A DNA stretch of 64,000 nucleotides from a virus (taxonomy: Duplodnaviria; Caudoviricetes), in IMG/VR virus record IMGVR_UViG_3300029705_000042, one strand, 5' to 3'. Below are positions 10,301-20,058 of this stretch, in pieces (position 1 is the stretch's first letter; each line of letters starts with the position of its first letter). The translations under genes were made by a program, and so were the position numbers. Under the pieces are notes generated by a model. The model saw only the letters and a program-made list of their open reading frames with translations, was not told where the DNA came from and did not search any database.

Positions 10301-10697
10301 TTTCAACATCTTTATCCGTGGTCAAATAAATCTCGGCAGCATGAATGTATTTCATTCCAGCAGCTTCAATTGATTCTTTCTTGTGAACCCACTCAAAGAT
10401 GTTACCGTGCTCCGCAAAAGCCAAAGCGTTCATACCAAGAGACCTTGCATATTCTACATATTCTTTATATTTTGTAACAGAGTCAATGTTGGTAACTCCA
10501 TTGGACAAATCAGAATGTAAGTGGTATACAGTGTAATTTTGACCATTATCCTTTGCAGTTTCTTGTATTTCTTTTTCGCCATTTAACTCTTTTAATTCTT
10601 TTTCTGCTTCTGTAAAATTGTCATAATGGAATACAATGCTATTGTCCTCTTTTTTCTTTATAACATAATGGTCATAATACTTATCTATAAAATACAT
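7368..10697 (-). CDS. dnaE: DNA polymerase III alpha subunit (DnaE type)
   Basis: PHP motifs HLHSD, EHG, GTDTH; RGSVSGS; catalytic DVDTD; KLDVLGL; YQEQ. Confidence 0.95.
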   Translation of the reverse strand: MYFIDKYYDHYVIKKKEDNSIVFHYDNFTEAEKELKELNGEKEIQETAKDNGQNYTVYHLHSDLSNGVTNIDSVTKYKEYVEYARSLGMNALAFAEHGNIFEWVHKKESIEAAGMKYIHAAEIYLTTDKDVENKHRDNYHCVLIAKNYDGVKELNKMISHSFNREDYHYYYAPRISFDELYATSDNIIITTACLGGVINKADNNLKTEFLKFLIKNKHRCYLEVQHHNCTDQATYNKILYAIHQKTGVPLIAGTDTHCLNDTHIEGRSILQKAKNVFFSDEESWDLTFKTYDELVEAYRKQGALPEEIYLQAIENTNIMANSIEEFKLDYSKKYPKLYNDSEKALKEKIVKGIKNRGVDKYNNFNEYKKKIQYELETYKYNGAIDFLLLEEDYKSELKRQGVSYGYSRGSVSGSIIAYLLGITEVDSIKYGLNFERFMNKERVSLADVDTDWSKKDRYKVREYLFNKEGLYCCDIITFNTIALKGAIKDVGRALGLSVDETQTISDAVYQDEDKKDCIDEFYIKKYPELFKYVDIVKGTIVSIGNHPAGLVVSPFPIDEWFGLCSTKTNENMISQINMKELDGLQFVKLDVLGLDCVGLINETCDLAGIQRITPDNISFNDKKVWDEIRDDCTMIFQFESSYAGDYIKQLLSDETIAKIKEENENFSYIDLMSMANGAIRPAGASYRDELSRGEYRDNGHEALNKFLAPTLGYLVYQEQIIEFLHSFCGYTMGEADIVRRGFAKKTGTDKFIPKIKEGFNKTMKEKYGVGEEESNKLIENFIQVIIDASSYLFSLNHATPYSFLGYVVGWLRCYYKLETVTTALNIYEGDSDKCLEILQYAKRNNIEIKPIRFGKSGSFYTMDKENGAIYKGISSIKFCNAQIADELLELAKNKYNSFISLLKDIKEKTTLNSRQLDILIRLNFFSDFGNNKYLLGVNEIYDKFANAKIIAKKKMEELGVSEYLMTKYSGKETPSQYRDIDNIGLIKELCSQINNESLGIVEQIASEVEFLGYANYTNKDISEHYYIVTNFDDSRSATRPYCTLYRICDGEKIDTRVNRSEVFKRSPFGLFSIINMPVTTYEYKKIKDGDKWVDSEEMRVVMAEYEVIK

Positions 10698-10712
10698 TAG
10701 ACATTATCTCCT

Positions 10713-10729
10713 ATAACTTTAATTGTTAT
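10713..10729. promoter_or_regulatory. RTAAC-N7-GTTAY palindrome upstream of the dnaE RBS (putative operator)
   Basis: ATAAC tttaatt GTTAT; identical 17-mer at 33557-33573. Confidence 0.55.
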
Positions 10730-11513
10730 TAACAATCTCTTTATATGTATCATTTAATCTCTCAATGCTAAACTTGCACTGTTCTTCGGACAACTCACTG
10801 CCAATATAATTAAGCCCTAACTTGATACAAGCGACACCAGTAGTTCCAGTTCCATTAAAACTATCATAAACAATAGAATTGGGTTTTGCGTATATGCTTA
10901 ACAGTTGTTCGCAAAGTTCAGATGAATAAGTCGCCTTGTTTAATTTATTTGCACCGTCATTATTCTTTGCTTCAATGAAATTAAAAATATTTTCATAGTA
11001 ATTCTGTCCAGTTTTACTCTGGCTTTTAACTCGCTTATTTGCAATGAATGTTTTATATTCATCTTTTCTGCAAAATACAAAAACAAACTCACAAATCCTC
11101 GTAAGTTTATTATGACTAACATTATTGGGCAAAGCCGATTTCTTCTTCCATATGATTGTGTCAGCGATTGTAAAATTGGTTCTATTAATTACTTCGGCAA
11201 TAGTTAAATACATCTGTTCTGGATTTTCATTACCATAAGACATATTATACAGAATACATCCATTCTTCTTAAGAATAGAATCATAGTGGTTGAAAATATC
11301 TATTGTCCAATCAGTATATTCATCTGTGTTTCTCTGTTCAAGATAGATGTCATATCTTCTTTCATAATTATCCATTCCTCTTTCAATATTACTACTATTT
11401 CTACCCGTGTTATACGGAGGCGATGTAAGTACGATATCTACCTTCCCGCCAGCCTTATTAATTTTTTTCATTGTCTGTAAACAATCTTCGTTGTAAATCT
11501 TAAACATATGCAC
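10719..11513 (-). CDS. orphan beta-class amino DNA methyltransferase (probably m4C)
   Basis: TSPPY (motif IV) precedes DSFNGTGTTG (motif I). Confidence 0.9.
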   Translation of the reverse strand: MHMFKIYNEDCLQTMKKINKAGGKVDIVLTSPPYNTGRNSSNIERGMDNYERRYDIYLEQRNTDEYTDWTIDIFNHYDSILKKNGCILYNMSYGNENPEQMYLTIAEVINRTNFTIADTIIWKKKSALPNNVSHNKLTRICEFVFVFCRKDEYKTFIANKRVKSQSKTGQNYYENIFNFIEAKNNDGANKLNKATYSSELCEQLLSIYAKPNSIVYDSFNGTGTTGVACIKLGLNYIGSELSEEQCKFSIERLNDTYKEIVNNN

Positions 11514-11576
11514 CTCAACTTATTTTTATAACCTTAATACTTATAATTATAAAAGACACTAATCTCTTACGCTGAT

Positions 11577-11605
11577 ATTATATCACAATATTATGTCATT
11601 GTCAA
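11577..11605 (-). promoter_or_regulatory. sigmaA promoter
   Basis: TTGACA-17-TATAAT. Confidence 0.85.
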
Positions 11606-11640
11606 GTACTTTTCAGAAAATTCTTTAAATTTTTTATTTT

Positions 11641-11904
11641 TTATTCTGTCGGCAATGGATACATAATTATCGGCGCACCTTCTCCAAAATAAGGTATTGC
11701 TCTCAGGGTGTTGCACTCAATCCATTCAATTGCTTCTGTATCAGTCCAACCCTCTTCTTCCATCAGCCATTCTATCATCTTCTCAAAATCATAAACCGCT
11801 CTGCCATCTTCTGTAACGCCAATAAGAGCATCATCATAACTATAATCAGTTAAATATTTAATGCCTTCATAACCGTATTCCAACAATCTTTCTTCTGCGT
11901 TCAT
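11641..11904 (-). CDS. acidic phage hypothetical protein
   Basis: 87 aa ORF with RBS fused to a TAAAA-N6-TTTTA site. Confidence 0.7.
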   Translation of the reverse strand: MNAEERLLEYGYEGIKYLTDYSYDDALIGVTEDGRAVYDFEKMIEWLMEEEGWTDTEAIEWIECNTLRAIPYFGEGAPIIMYPLPTE

Positions 11905-11928
11905 TCTTTACCTCTTAAAACCTTTATT

Positions 11929-12594
11929 TTATGACCAGTCATCTTCTCTGTTAATCGGATGATTATTTTTGTATTCATCTAATTCCTTAAGAATACCTCT
12001 ATAGTAGTCCGTAGCATTTTCATTACCATCCTTTGTTTCTTTGACATCTTGGCAATGCAAACACCTATAGTCGCTTATACAAGCGTCCACTTCATTGTCC
12101 AACCTCTTTACGACCATATCTTTTGAGTATAGTCTTCCACAATCGCAACAAACCCTTAAATCATCTTCTTTGATACCAAGCTGTTCTTCAATCACTTTGC
12201 TTAAATCTCCAAGAATAAAACCTCGTTCAATCAACATCTCTGCAAGTTCGCCATCAAAAATATCTGAATCATACCAAGGAAGAGTTCTCCAATAATCTAA
12301 CAACACTTCTTTATGAGTTAACAAACAAGCCTTGCCAAAAGCAGCAAACCAACCGCTTGTAGATGTATTCATTGGAATACCGTCTTCTGCAAAAATTCCT
12401 AAACTATAATACTTGTGAATTCTGAATAACTGATTGCGAAACTCTTTCAAAAAGTCATCTGTAATTAAATTTTTAATATCTTGCGGAATTGTATATTCAA
12501 TACAAACGCCATCTCCATCTTTTACTATTGGCATATAAATCTCTTCCTTTCTGTGTATTAAAATCTTTGTTTTATAATCTCTCTTCGTATTCAT
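11929..12594 (-). CDS. hypothetical protein with Zn-finger-like Cys pairs
   Basis: CCDC ... CLHC; stop codon inside site 11916-11931. Confidence 0.65.
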   Translation of the reverse strand: MNTKRDYKTKILIHRKEEIYMPIVKDGDGVCIEYTIPQDIKNLITDDFLKEFRNQLFRIHKYYSLGIFAEDGIPMNTSTSGWFAAFGKACLLTHKEVLLDYWRTLPWYDSDIFDGELAEMLIERGFILGDLSKVIEEQLGIKEDDLRVCCDCGRLYSKDMVVKRLDNEVDACISDYRCLHCQDVKETKDGNENATDYYRGILKELDEYKNNHPINREDDWS

Positions 12595-14570
12595 TTACTA
12601 ATGAATTAATTTTCTTCCAGCAATCAAGACAAATATGGAACGGTTGAGAATGTAATCTAAATGACCTCAAATAAACAATGTCTTTGTCTCTTACATTTTC
12701 ATCACACACTTTGCAATTACAATCTCTTGTACATTTTCTGATTTCCAATTCATTAAAACTATCTACGAAATCATATTTCATATATCTTTCCCTCTTACCA
12801 ATCATAATCATAACTTAAATAATATCCTTCGTCTGAAAGCTCTTTAAACCATTCGATTCTATGTCTCATATCAACTTTGTCAACATCAGAGTTTTCTAAA
12901 ATTTTAGCACATACCTCAGACATTACTTTTGGCTTAATTAAATCTGGTTCATCATCATTACTGCGATTAAGTGTTTTAACATATGGTATGCTGATACCTC
13001 CATACTTTTCTAACAAATCTTGTACTTTGGTAATATTGCCAGCAGAATGAGAAGTTGAACTTCCATCAAGATATTTTAATTCGTACCAGTCGTACCAATG
13101 GTATGGCTCACAATGTATGATTTCATACTTTTTAAACCAATTAAACCCAGTGCTCATAATTACCTCTCAAAAGTTAGTTTTCTGCGTACTTACCGCTTCT
13201 TGCTACAGACTCCATATTGCCCTTTAATACATCGTCCATAAATTTTTGACTATAATCTGCCTTATATGCAAACCTACCAACGAAATATACAAAACACTTT
13301 TGATTACAGTTTATAGGAACGAATACATAAGTTCTTGCAGATGTCATTGCTTGACCACCGATACCGCCAAAGCCTAAAGCCGTACTGCCCCATATTTGTT
13401 CAAAAGTATATAGTTCAAAATCATCTAATGTTGGATATGGTTTCTCATTATAGTCAAATCTGAATGGTAAGTCTTCTTCAATAGATAAAATCTCTCTTGC
13501 CATTTGTGTAAGTTTATTACTCATAATTTACCTCTTAAAATGTTAGTTTAAATTGTTACAGAAATTTCACTATTGAAATTACATGGATATGTCTTAGTTG
13601 CATAGCACTTCTTACATCTATAAGTAGTTCCTGCCGTGGATAATCCAGTACATTCCCATTCGTGGTCTGATTCTTCTACACACATTTTATTGGCAAGTGC
13701 TTCTTTAAGCGAGTCATCCATAACATCGTCAACAGGATTGCACTTCGCCCTTTGTCCTCTTTCTGGGATTTTCTTATCACATTTTTTATCCCACTTAGAA
13801 CACCAACCACAAGGCGTTTCATAAACGCAGTTCATTGTTCCCATCATATTTTCTACCTCTTAAAATTAAACTTTTATCTGCTAAAATCATCTAGGTTACT
13901 TTCAACCAACTCATCGTCTTTATCAAGACTAAACTTCTTATCGCCAGTTTCCACATTAACATAATAAGTGAAAAAACCGTCTGAAAATTGATAATACTTA
14001 TTCATACTTAACACCTCTTAAAATTCAGCTTTTAATCCTTAAACAACTTATTGTCATAAGAACTCAAAGCAACTTTGCTTGCCGTTATGTTTGCCAATCT
14101 ACCAACCATTTTTAAAGACTCTCTAATGATAGTCCCGTTCGGATATCGCCCATCATAGCCTATATGACCATATTGCCAAAAATCGTTTCCTTCTTTTTTC
14201 TTAGTGTTTATATACTTTTCAGCATATTCAATTTCTGACTTTGCCAACTGCAAAGATTGAATCATATAATCAATCTGCTCTTTTACATTCATATATTTCA
14301 CCTCAAAAAATCACCTTTTTATGCTTCGGCTTCTTCGGTCTTATTTGCCTCTTCTGATTCTTCTGGTGTTGTCGGTAACACAACTTTATATCTATACTCT
14401 GACCCAGTATCTTCTTCTCGGTCATTAATCAATAGACAAGTAATATTTACAGTGCCATCTTTTGCCTTTTCAACATCTGTAAATACACACTTATTAAACT
14501 TATCCTTAAACTCGTCCGATAAGTTGTTTAAAATATCCTGTGGTTCAACATAAACTGTTGTAATATGCAT
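12572..14570 (-). other. array of small accessory genes (12572-12811, 12795-13157, 13174-13524, 13548-13847, 13874-14005, 14032-14301, 14319-14570)
   Basis: Contiguous minus-strand ORFs with RBS, most separated by TAAAA-N6-TTTTA sites. Confidence 0.75.
13874..14005 (-). CDS. 43-aa hypothetical protein absent from the ORF track (MNKYYQFSDG...DDFSR)
   Basis: Hand translation; RBS AAGAGGT; bounded by two perfect sites. Confidence 0.7.
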   Translation of the reverse strand: MNKYYQFSDGFFTYYVNVETGDKKFSLDKDDELVESNLDDFSR

Positions 14571-14584
14571 AATTAATTGCCTCC

Positions 14585-15781
14585 TTATATATTATCGAGC
14601 CAACTCAAATCCAGCTCATTATTTTTATTGTTTATAACATTACTACTTGAAGTAGAAACATTGTCGGCACTAAGTCCAAGACCAGCGAACATATCTGTTC
14701 CATTCTGAGCAGCCTCAAATCTTTTGCAATATTCATCGTATGGCTTATGAAGGTTTCTGCTATAGCCGCATAAATTTGAGAAGTAATAACTCTGTGCCTT
14801 TACCGATTCATCGGTATCCCAGAAACAAGCATCGCTATGAGTCTCTGCATAATCTGCTTCTCTTAATTCGATATCATTAATTACAGTAATTACATGCTTA
14901 GTCCACTTATTAATCAACTCGTCTGTTAAATCAACATATACATAGCAATCAGAAACAACATACTTTGCCTTTACTTCATCAGGCAAACAATCAATGCTAT
15001 TCGTATCAAGCATCTCTTTTAAGTATTCATCTGGTTCATAACCAAATACCTTGAGCCAAGTCTTTGCATTAGACTGTAAACTCTCACCAATCTTACAACG
15101 CTCAACCTCTCTTGTTTTGATTTCACCATTCTTCTGTTGATACTGAATAGATACATATTTGAGGAAGTTCCAACGAATTTTAATCTTATCCATTGGTATA
15201 CCCTGTTGATTTAGACCAATAGCATACAGCACTAACTGACCGCTCTCGTTTTCTGCCTTAGCACCCTTATAAATACTACTTGTCTTCCAGTCTTGAATGG
15301 TAATGCACCCTTCTTCATCTTTAAAAGCACAGTCGATATATCCTTGGAATAGATTGCCGCCAATATTAACTTTAACAAACTGTTCTATAATCGGCTTATT
15401 TTCTAATTTGGTATGATTGTTAAAGAAGTGGATAAGATTTTCATAATACTTATCTTTAATCTTGCCATTGCGCTCTTCATCGCTTCTATCAAATTTAAGG
15501 TCTGCAATTTCAGCAGCCACCATCCAACCGTCTTCAAACAGTTCAACCATTTGACCATATGTGATTTGGTCGGTATAAAGCTTTTCTAATATATCGTGTG
15601 CTATACCACCTGTAGTTACATAAATTGAATTCGCTCTATCTTCTTTTGCCTTCTTAATGTATTTAAGATAATACTCATAAGGACTGGTATGAAAGCAATT
15701 AATTTTACTCCAACTCCACAACTTATCAACGCCCTCTTTTTTCATAAGGGCTTGCAACTGTTCACTTGTTAATCTTGCCAT
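14585..15781 (-). CDS. PD-(D/E)XK (RecB/AddB-like) nuclease
   Basis: SWSKI, G.IAH, FQGYID...IQDWKT, QLVLY. Confidence 0.85.
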   Translation of the reverse strand: MARLTSEQLQALMKKEGVDKLWSWSKINCFHTSPYEYYLKYIKKAKEDRANSIYVTTGGIAHDILEKLYTDQITYGQMVELFEDGWMVAAEIADLKFDRSDEERNGKIKDKYYENLIHFFNNHTKLENKPIIEQFVKVNIGGNLFQGYIDCAFKDEEGCITIQDWKTSSIYKGAKAENESGQLVLYAIGLNQQGIPMDKIKIRWNFLKYVSIQYQQKNGEIKTREVERCKIGESLQSNAKTWLKVFGYEPDEYLKEMLDTNSIDCLPDEVKAKYVVSDCYVYVDLTDELINKWTKHVITVINDIELREADYAETHSDACFWDTDESVKAQSYYFSNLCGYSRNLHKPYDEYCKRFEAAQNGTDMFAGLGLSADNVSTSSSNVINNKNNELDLSWLDNI

Positions 15782-15806
15782 CTAATCACCTCTTAAAACT
15801 GCAATT

Positions 15807-15974
15807 TTACTTACACAAATCTTCGTACATATGCTTGTATTCAAGCAGTTCTTCTAATCTATTTGCCACATCAAAACACAATAAAGACCAATTTGTTGCA
15901 CAAGTATCAACTCTATCATTCTTGTGTTTTTCATATAATCTTCTTAATTCTCTAATCATTACTTCAGTATCCAT
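15807..15974 (-). CDS. 55-aa hypothetical protein absent from the ORF track (MDTEVMIREL...EDLCK)
   Basis: Hand translation; stop in site 15794, RBS next to site 15989. Confidence 0.7.
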   Translation of the reverse strand: MDTEVMIRELRRLYEKHKNDRVDTCATNWSLLCFDVANRLEELLEYKHMYEDLCK

Positions 15975-16001
15975 ATTTATACCTCTCTTAAAATCGTAAT
16001 T

Positions 16002-16160
16002 TTATATATTTACTTCATACACAACCAATATATCGCTAGACTTATTTAAACATGTATGAACTCTCCAACCATCTTCGATACGCTCTCGCATATCTTGTAG
16101 TATGACAGCCATACTTTCATAGTTTCTATACCATATGACTTCCTGTTTAACCTTGCTCAT
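16002..16160 (-). CDS. 52-aa hypothetical protein absent from the ORF track (MSKVKQEVIW...YEVNI)
   Basis: Hand translation; stop in site 15989, RBS next to site 16174. Confidence 0.7.
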   Translation of the reverse strand: MSKVKQEVIWYRNYESMAVILQDMRERIEDGWRVHTCLNKSSDILVVYEVNI

Positions 16161-16186
16161 TTATTTCACCCTTTAAAATCACCATT

Positions 16187-16402
16187 TTAAATTTCGTTTT
16201 TATCATCGAGATAAAAGAATTCTGTGTGACTTCCCACATCGAACACCTTAAGACCTTCTTTATCTCTCCAAGTTCTTGTATAATAAATTTTAAAATTTCT
16301 TTCTTCACAAAAGGCGTGGATTATTTCAACTGCTACCTCTTCTGTCGATGGTGCAGCAATAATTCTTCTTTCGCCTCTTGAATTTTCGAAATATAATTTC
16401 AT
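16187..16402 (-). CDS. hypothetical protein
   Basis: 71 aa; stop in site 16174. Confidence 0.7.
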   Translation of the reverse strand: MKLYFENSRGERRIIAAPSTEEVAVEIIHAFCEERNFKIYYTRTWRDKEGLKVFDVGSHTEFFYLDDKNEI

Positions 16403-16404
16403 AC

Positions 16405-16632
16405 TTAATCCTCACACAGTACATATTTACCATATATAGACTTAGTTCCATTTGAATCAACAAATGGAATATCTATGGTCTGTATCTTCACGCCTCTGTT
16501 TCTAAGTCTAAAAATAATATCGCTCAATCGAGTAGCCTTGTATAAATCAATCGCTTCTAAACTCGTAATACAGCCATATGTATGTAAATGCTCTAAGACC
16601 TTTTCTGTTTTATTCTTTTTCTTTTCACTCAT
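16405..16632 (-). CDS. winged helix-turn-helix protein
   Basis: VLEHL..G.ITSLEA..Y.ATRLSDIIFRLR..G pattern. Confidence 0.7.
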   Translation of the reverse strand: MSEKKKNKTEKVLEHLHTYGCITSLEAIDLYKATRLSDIIFRLRNRGVKIQTIDIPFVDSNGTKSIYGKYVLCED

Positions 16633-16680
16633 TTTTCTATCCTTCTTTTTTAAAACTTTCTTGATATATAAATTTAATTA

Positions 16681-17466
16681 TTAATCAGTAATTTCTACTT
16701 CGTACTTTAACATTGCTTCGTAACATTCCTTAGTTATATTACCTTGGTCATATTCTTCTTGAGCAGCTTGCTTAATAATTTTTTCTTTATTTATTTTATA
16801 ACATCGAAATGCCGATTCAGCGCCATCATATAGACCGAAATAATCTCTTGAATTATTCAAATAATTGCCACATCTTACCATGTATTTGTCGTCAGCAATA
16901 TCAATTCCAATAGGAAGGTTGCTTCGTGTAGCATCATTTTTGACAAATAAACTATTAACCCTTTGTGGTACTAAACAACAAAATTCGGGTCTATAAGTTT
17001 TATTCCCTTTAATCAGTATATCCTTATCAATTGCCCAGCCGTCATTGTTTAGCCATTTGTCGAAATTAGGTTGGCTATGTAGCCACTCATAGAAATTCTC
17101 GTAAAGCAACCATTCATCACAACACACTACATTTTGATAAGTTGGTTCTTTTCTTTTATACTTTTCATCATAACATCTTCCAAGCATATGTCTCCAAGCA
17201 TTATATTCTTTACTAATTTTATTATTTATTTTTACAGGATACTTAGAACCTGTAATACCTATATTATATACTGATGGATAATACGGATTTTTTACACCAC
17301 CATCTTTAAAATGTTGGTATGTTGTATGAACTTTTGCCAAGTATTCGTCTTGAAATTCTACTACAACATCTTTGCAATTATTATATATGATAATTTTCAT
17401 TAAACATTTTTGAAAGTTAACACTTGTTTCACCGACAATATTATCTTTTTTCTTCACAACAATCAC
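16681..17466 (-). CDS. putative homing-endonuclease-like protein with AP2-like C-terminus
   Basis: Y.AW..ML.RCY, CCDEWL.YENF.EW, IDKDILIKGNK.Y.P..CCLVP; paralog of 54823-55551. Confidence 0.6.
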   Translation of the reverse strand: MIVVKKKDNIVGETSVNFQKCLMKIIIYNNCKDVVVEFQDEYLAKVHTTYQHFKDGGVKNPYYPSVYNIGITGSKYPVKINNKISKEYNAWRHMLGRCYDEKYKRKEPTYQNVVCCDEWLLYENFYEWLHSQPNFDKWLNNDGWAIDKDILIKGNKTYRPEFCCLVPQRVNSLFVKNDATRSNLPIGIDIADDKYMVRCGNYLNNSRDYFGLYDGAESAFRCYKINKEKIIKQAAQEEYDQGNITKECYEAMLKYEVEITD

Positions 17467-18539
17467 CTCTCTCCCAACGACTTTAGATAAAGTTTATGCT
17501 CATTTTCATCATATTTAATACGATGCTTAAAAAGGAATTGATATATTTTATTACCTTTATCTGTTGGTGAATCTTTTGCTTCTAACAAATCCCATTTATC
17601 GTAAATATATGAAACTGGTCTTATACGATAAAACTTTTCGCAAATAAAACGAACCTCGTTGATATCCACATCCTTGTCAAGAGCAATTACAATTTCTGCG
17701 TTTAATCCGATAAGTATTCTCGCTTGCTCCTCACTCATTGATTTTCCTTGCAAAGAAACACAAGTGTCATCTCCCAGTGAAAACCTCTGCAATGTTGCTT
17801 TTTCACTTTCAAAAACAGCAACAATTTTCTTCTTTGCAATTGAATCATAATTCTCATACAATCCATACAAATTTAATGCCTTTGGATAAGTAGGGGTTAC
17901 AAAGAATTTTTTAATACCAAACTCTTTGTAATTCTCGATTGTTGTTCTTTGGTTAAACCCCAATAGCTCTCCTGTAAGCCAGTATCTTAGTGGAATGACC
18001 ACTCTTTTGTGTTTATAGCTATAACAAAGTCCAAATTTCTTTCTTGCTCTTTCAGTAACGCCTTGCTTTAGCCAGTCAATATGGAGCATCGGAATATAGT
18101 CATCTATCAACTTATCTTCTAAAATCTTAATATCCTCTACATTTACAACTCTTCTATTACACCTTAAAACTTTTTTGAAGACACTTAAGGGGTCATATTT
18201 CTTCTGCGGCTTTTCTTCTCGCTTTTTAAACTCAAAAGGCAAACCAAGAATTTTGTGAATGTATTTAACACTTTCAATGAATGACAACTTTTTAATAGTT
18301 TCTACAAGACTAATTAAATCTTGTCCGTCTTCGTAGTCAATACCTCTTGAAAAACTGCGATAATTTAAGTATTCATTGTTACGAATACAAACTCCCATTG
18401 GGTTGTCTCCGTCTGGCTGAGTGGCACTAATGTATTCCTTTTGGTCGTTACGCCTAATCTCATGACAACCAAGTTGTTCGAGTATATATTCTATTTTGTT
18501 ATTTTCAAAAATATATTCCTTCAGTTCACTAATTGTCAT
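17463..18539 (-). CDS. DNA primase (TOPRIM)
   Basis: NLYGL, VFESEK, IALDKD, KDSP.D; next to helicase. Confidence 0.85.
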   Translation of the reverse strand: MTISELKEYIFENNKIEYILEQLGCHEIRRNDQKEYISATQPDGDNPMGVCIRNNEYLNYRSFSRGIDYEDGQDLISLVETIKKLSFIESVKYIHKILGLPFEFKKREEKPQKKYDPLSVFKKVLRCNRRVVNVEDIKILEDKLIDDYIPMLHIDWLKQGVTERARKKFGLCYSYKHKRVVIPLRYWLTGELLGFNQRTTIENYKEFGIKKFFVTPTYPKALNLYGLYENYDSIAKKKIVAVFESEKATLQRFSLGDDTCVSLQGKSMSEEQARILIGLNAEIVIALDKDVDINEVRFICEKFYRIRPVSYIYDKWDLLEAKDSPTDKGNKIYQFLFKHRIKYDENEHKLYLKSLGER

Positions 18540-18573
18540 AATGTTTACCTTATAATATTATTTGTTGTTTATA

Positions 18574-20058
18574 TTAATAGTCTTGAACTACATTACAATA
18601 GCCAAGGTCTTTGTACTGATTAATAGAAAAATCTGCTTCGCTAACAATTTGTATGTCACTCATACCGTGTCTATTCTTGCTTATAAAGCCAATCATATAG
18701 TGTTTATCTTTATTCAATTTAAATTCAAGTCGGCTATTACTATTCTTAATAGGATTGTAACAATATAATTCATCCTTGCCGCCCTCAAATTCGGTTTGCA
18801 AAGGTCTTCTAAAGAAGATATTTAAACTAAAAATATCTAAGATTCCTTTAGAAATACCAATGTCCGCATTTGTAAGATACTTGCTTTTATTTTTAACGAG
18901 CTGATATGTGATTACCATACAAGTATTAGTGTGCTTAATACAATCATAGAAATCAACGCAATCGGTCATAAGAGATTTCCAAGATTCTTTGTCACGAGAA
19001 TCGTAACTTTCTTTAAGCGTATCTAAACATATAACATCGCATCCCATTTTTGTATACTTCTTAATAAGTTTAATAACCGTTCTTGCAGTATACTGTTCGA
19101 GAGGGATAATAGTAATATTATGATTTTCTTTTTGATTTTCAAACCACTCAGCAGCCTTGTACAACACTTCTTTGGTTTCTGCATCAAAGTTACCGTCTCT
19201 AAGAACTCTCTTTGGAATTGGATGTTTTAATATGTTTGAACAATACCAAACGATTGCTTCCTTTTTAAACTTATTTTGGTCTTCCTCATTGATAATAAAT
19301 AATGCCTTTAAGTTGTATTTTATCATTGACGGAAAGATGTAATTGATGCTCAAGGTTGACTTACCAACACCTGAAGCCGCTCCAAACCCTATGATGTTAC
19401 CGCCTAACATACCACCAGTCTCTCTATTAAGAATGTCACAGTTAGCAAATGGAATCCCCACATTCTTACCAGCGTCTAATTCATCAATTAGATTTTTCAT
19501 ATCGGCAAAACCATTATAAGATTTAATATTGTTATCAATGTTTGCAAAGATGTCATTGAGATAAACCGTATACTCATCATACAAATCCTCTGCCGACATA
19601 TCACATATTTCACTAAGTCTCGCTTTATCACAAGGGAATCCGTATTTAACTAGTCTGGCTACCACATTCCACTTTCTCAGGTCTCTGACATAGCTATCAA
19701 AGTTTTCTTCTTTAATATACGCACCAGCATTTTCAATAGTTTGATAACCACCATATTCGTTATAGTATTTGTCTGCTAACTTGGGATGCTTCTCTAAGTA
19801 GAGACCAATATCGACTTCTGAAAGTGTCACCTTTTTTTCATTGACAATTAAGTCTCTCGCAATTTCAAAGTAAACTCTCCAACAATTATTGTGTATGTCG
19901 TTGAGTTCCAAATTGGTTTCTCTAAGTAAATCTGGATTTTTATATATCATAGAAACAATAGAAGCCTCTGCTCCTAATTTATATTCAAGGATTTGCTTCG
20001 CTGCTTCTGCTTGCTTTTGTTCAAATGGGCTTAATTTACTAGTGTTCTTTTCTGCCAT
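18574..20058 (-). CDS. DnaB-like replicative helicase
   Basis: Walker A GAASGVGKS, INEE, LDTLK, YQL, KNRHG. Confidence 0.88.
   Translation of the reverse strand: MAEKNTSKLSPFEQKQAEAAKQILEYKLGAEASIVSMIYKNPDLLRETNLELNDIHNNCWRVYFEIARDLIVNEKKVTLSEVDIGLYLEKHPKLADKYYNEYGGYQTIENAGAYIKEENFDSYVRDLRKWNVVARLVKYGFPCDKARLSEICDMSAEDLYDEYTVYLNDIFANIDNNIKSYNGFADMKNLIDELDAGKNVGIPFANCDILNRETGGMLGGNIIGFGAASGVGKSTLSINYIFPSMIKYNLKALFIINEEDQNKFKKEAIVWYCSNILKHPIPKRVLRDGNFDAETKEVLYKAAEWFENQKENHNITIIPLEQYTARTVIKLIKKYTKMGCDVICLDTLKESYDSRDKESWKSLMTDCVDFYDCIKHTNTCMVITYQLVKNKSKYLTNADIGISKGILDIFSLNIFFRRPLQTEFEGGKDELYCYNPIKNSNSRLEFKLNKDKHYMIGFISKNRHGMSDIQIVSEADFSINQYKDLGYCNVVQDY

Noticed and set aside
1919-20058. Introns or inteins in nrdD, recD2, dnaE or dnaB given the nearby HNH genes
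   Set aside because: All four ORFs are continuous and of normal length with no intein splice motifs seen; the endonucleases are intergenic
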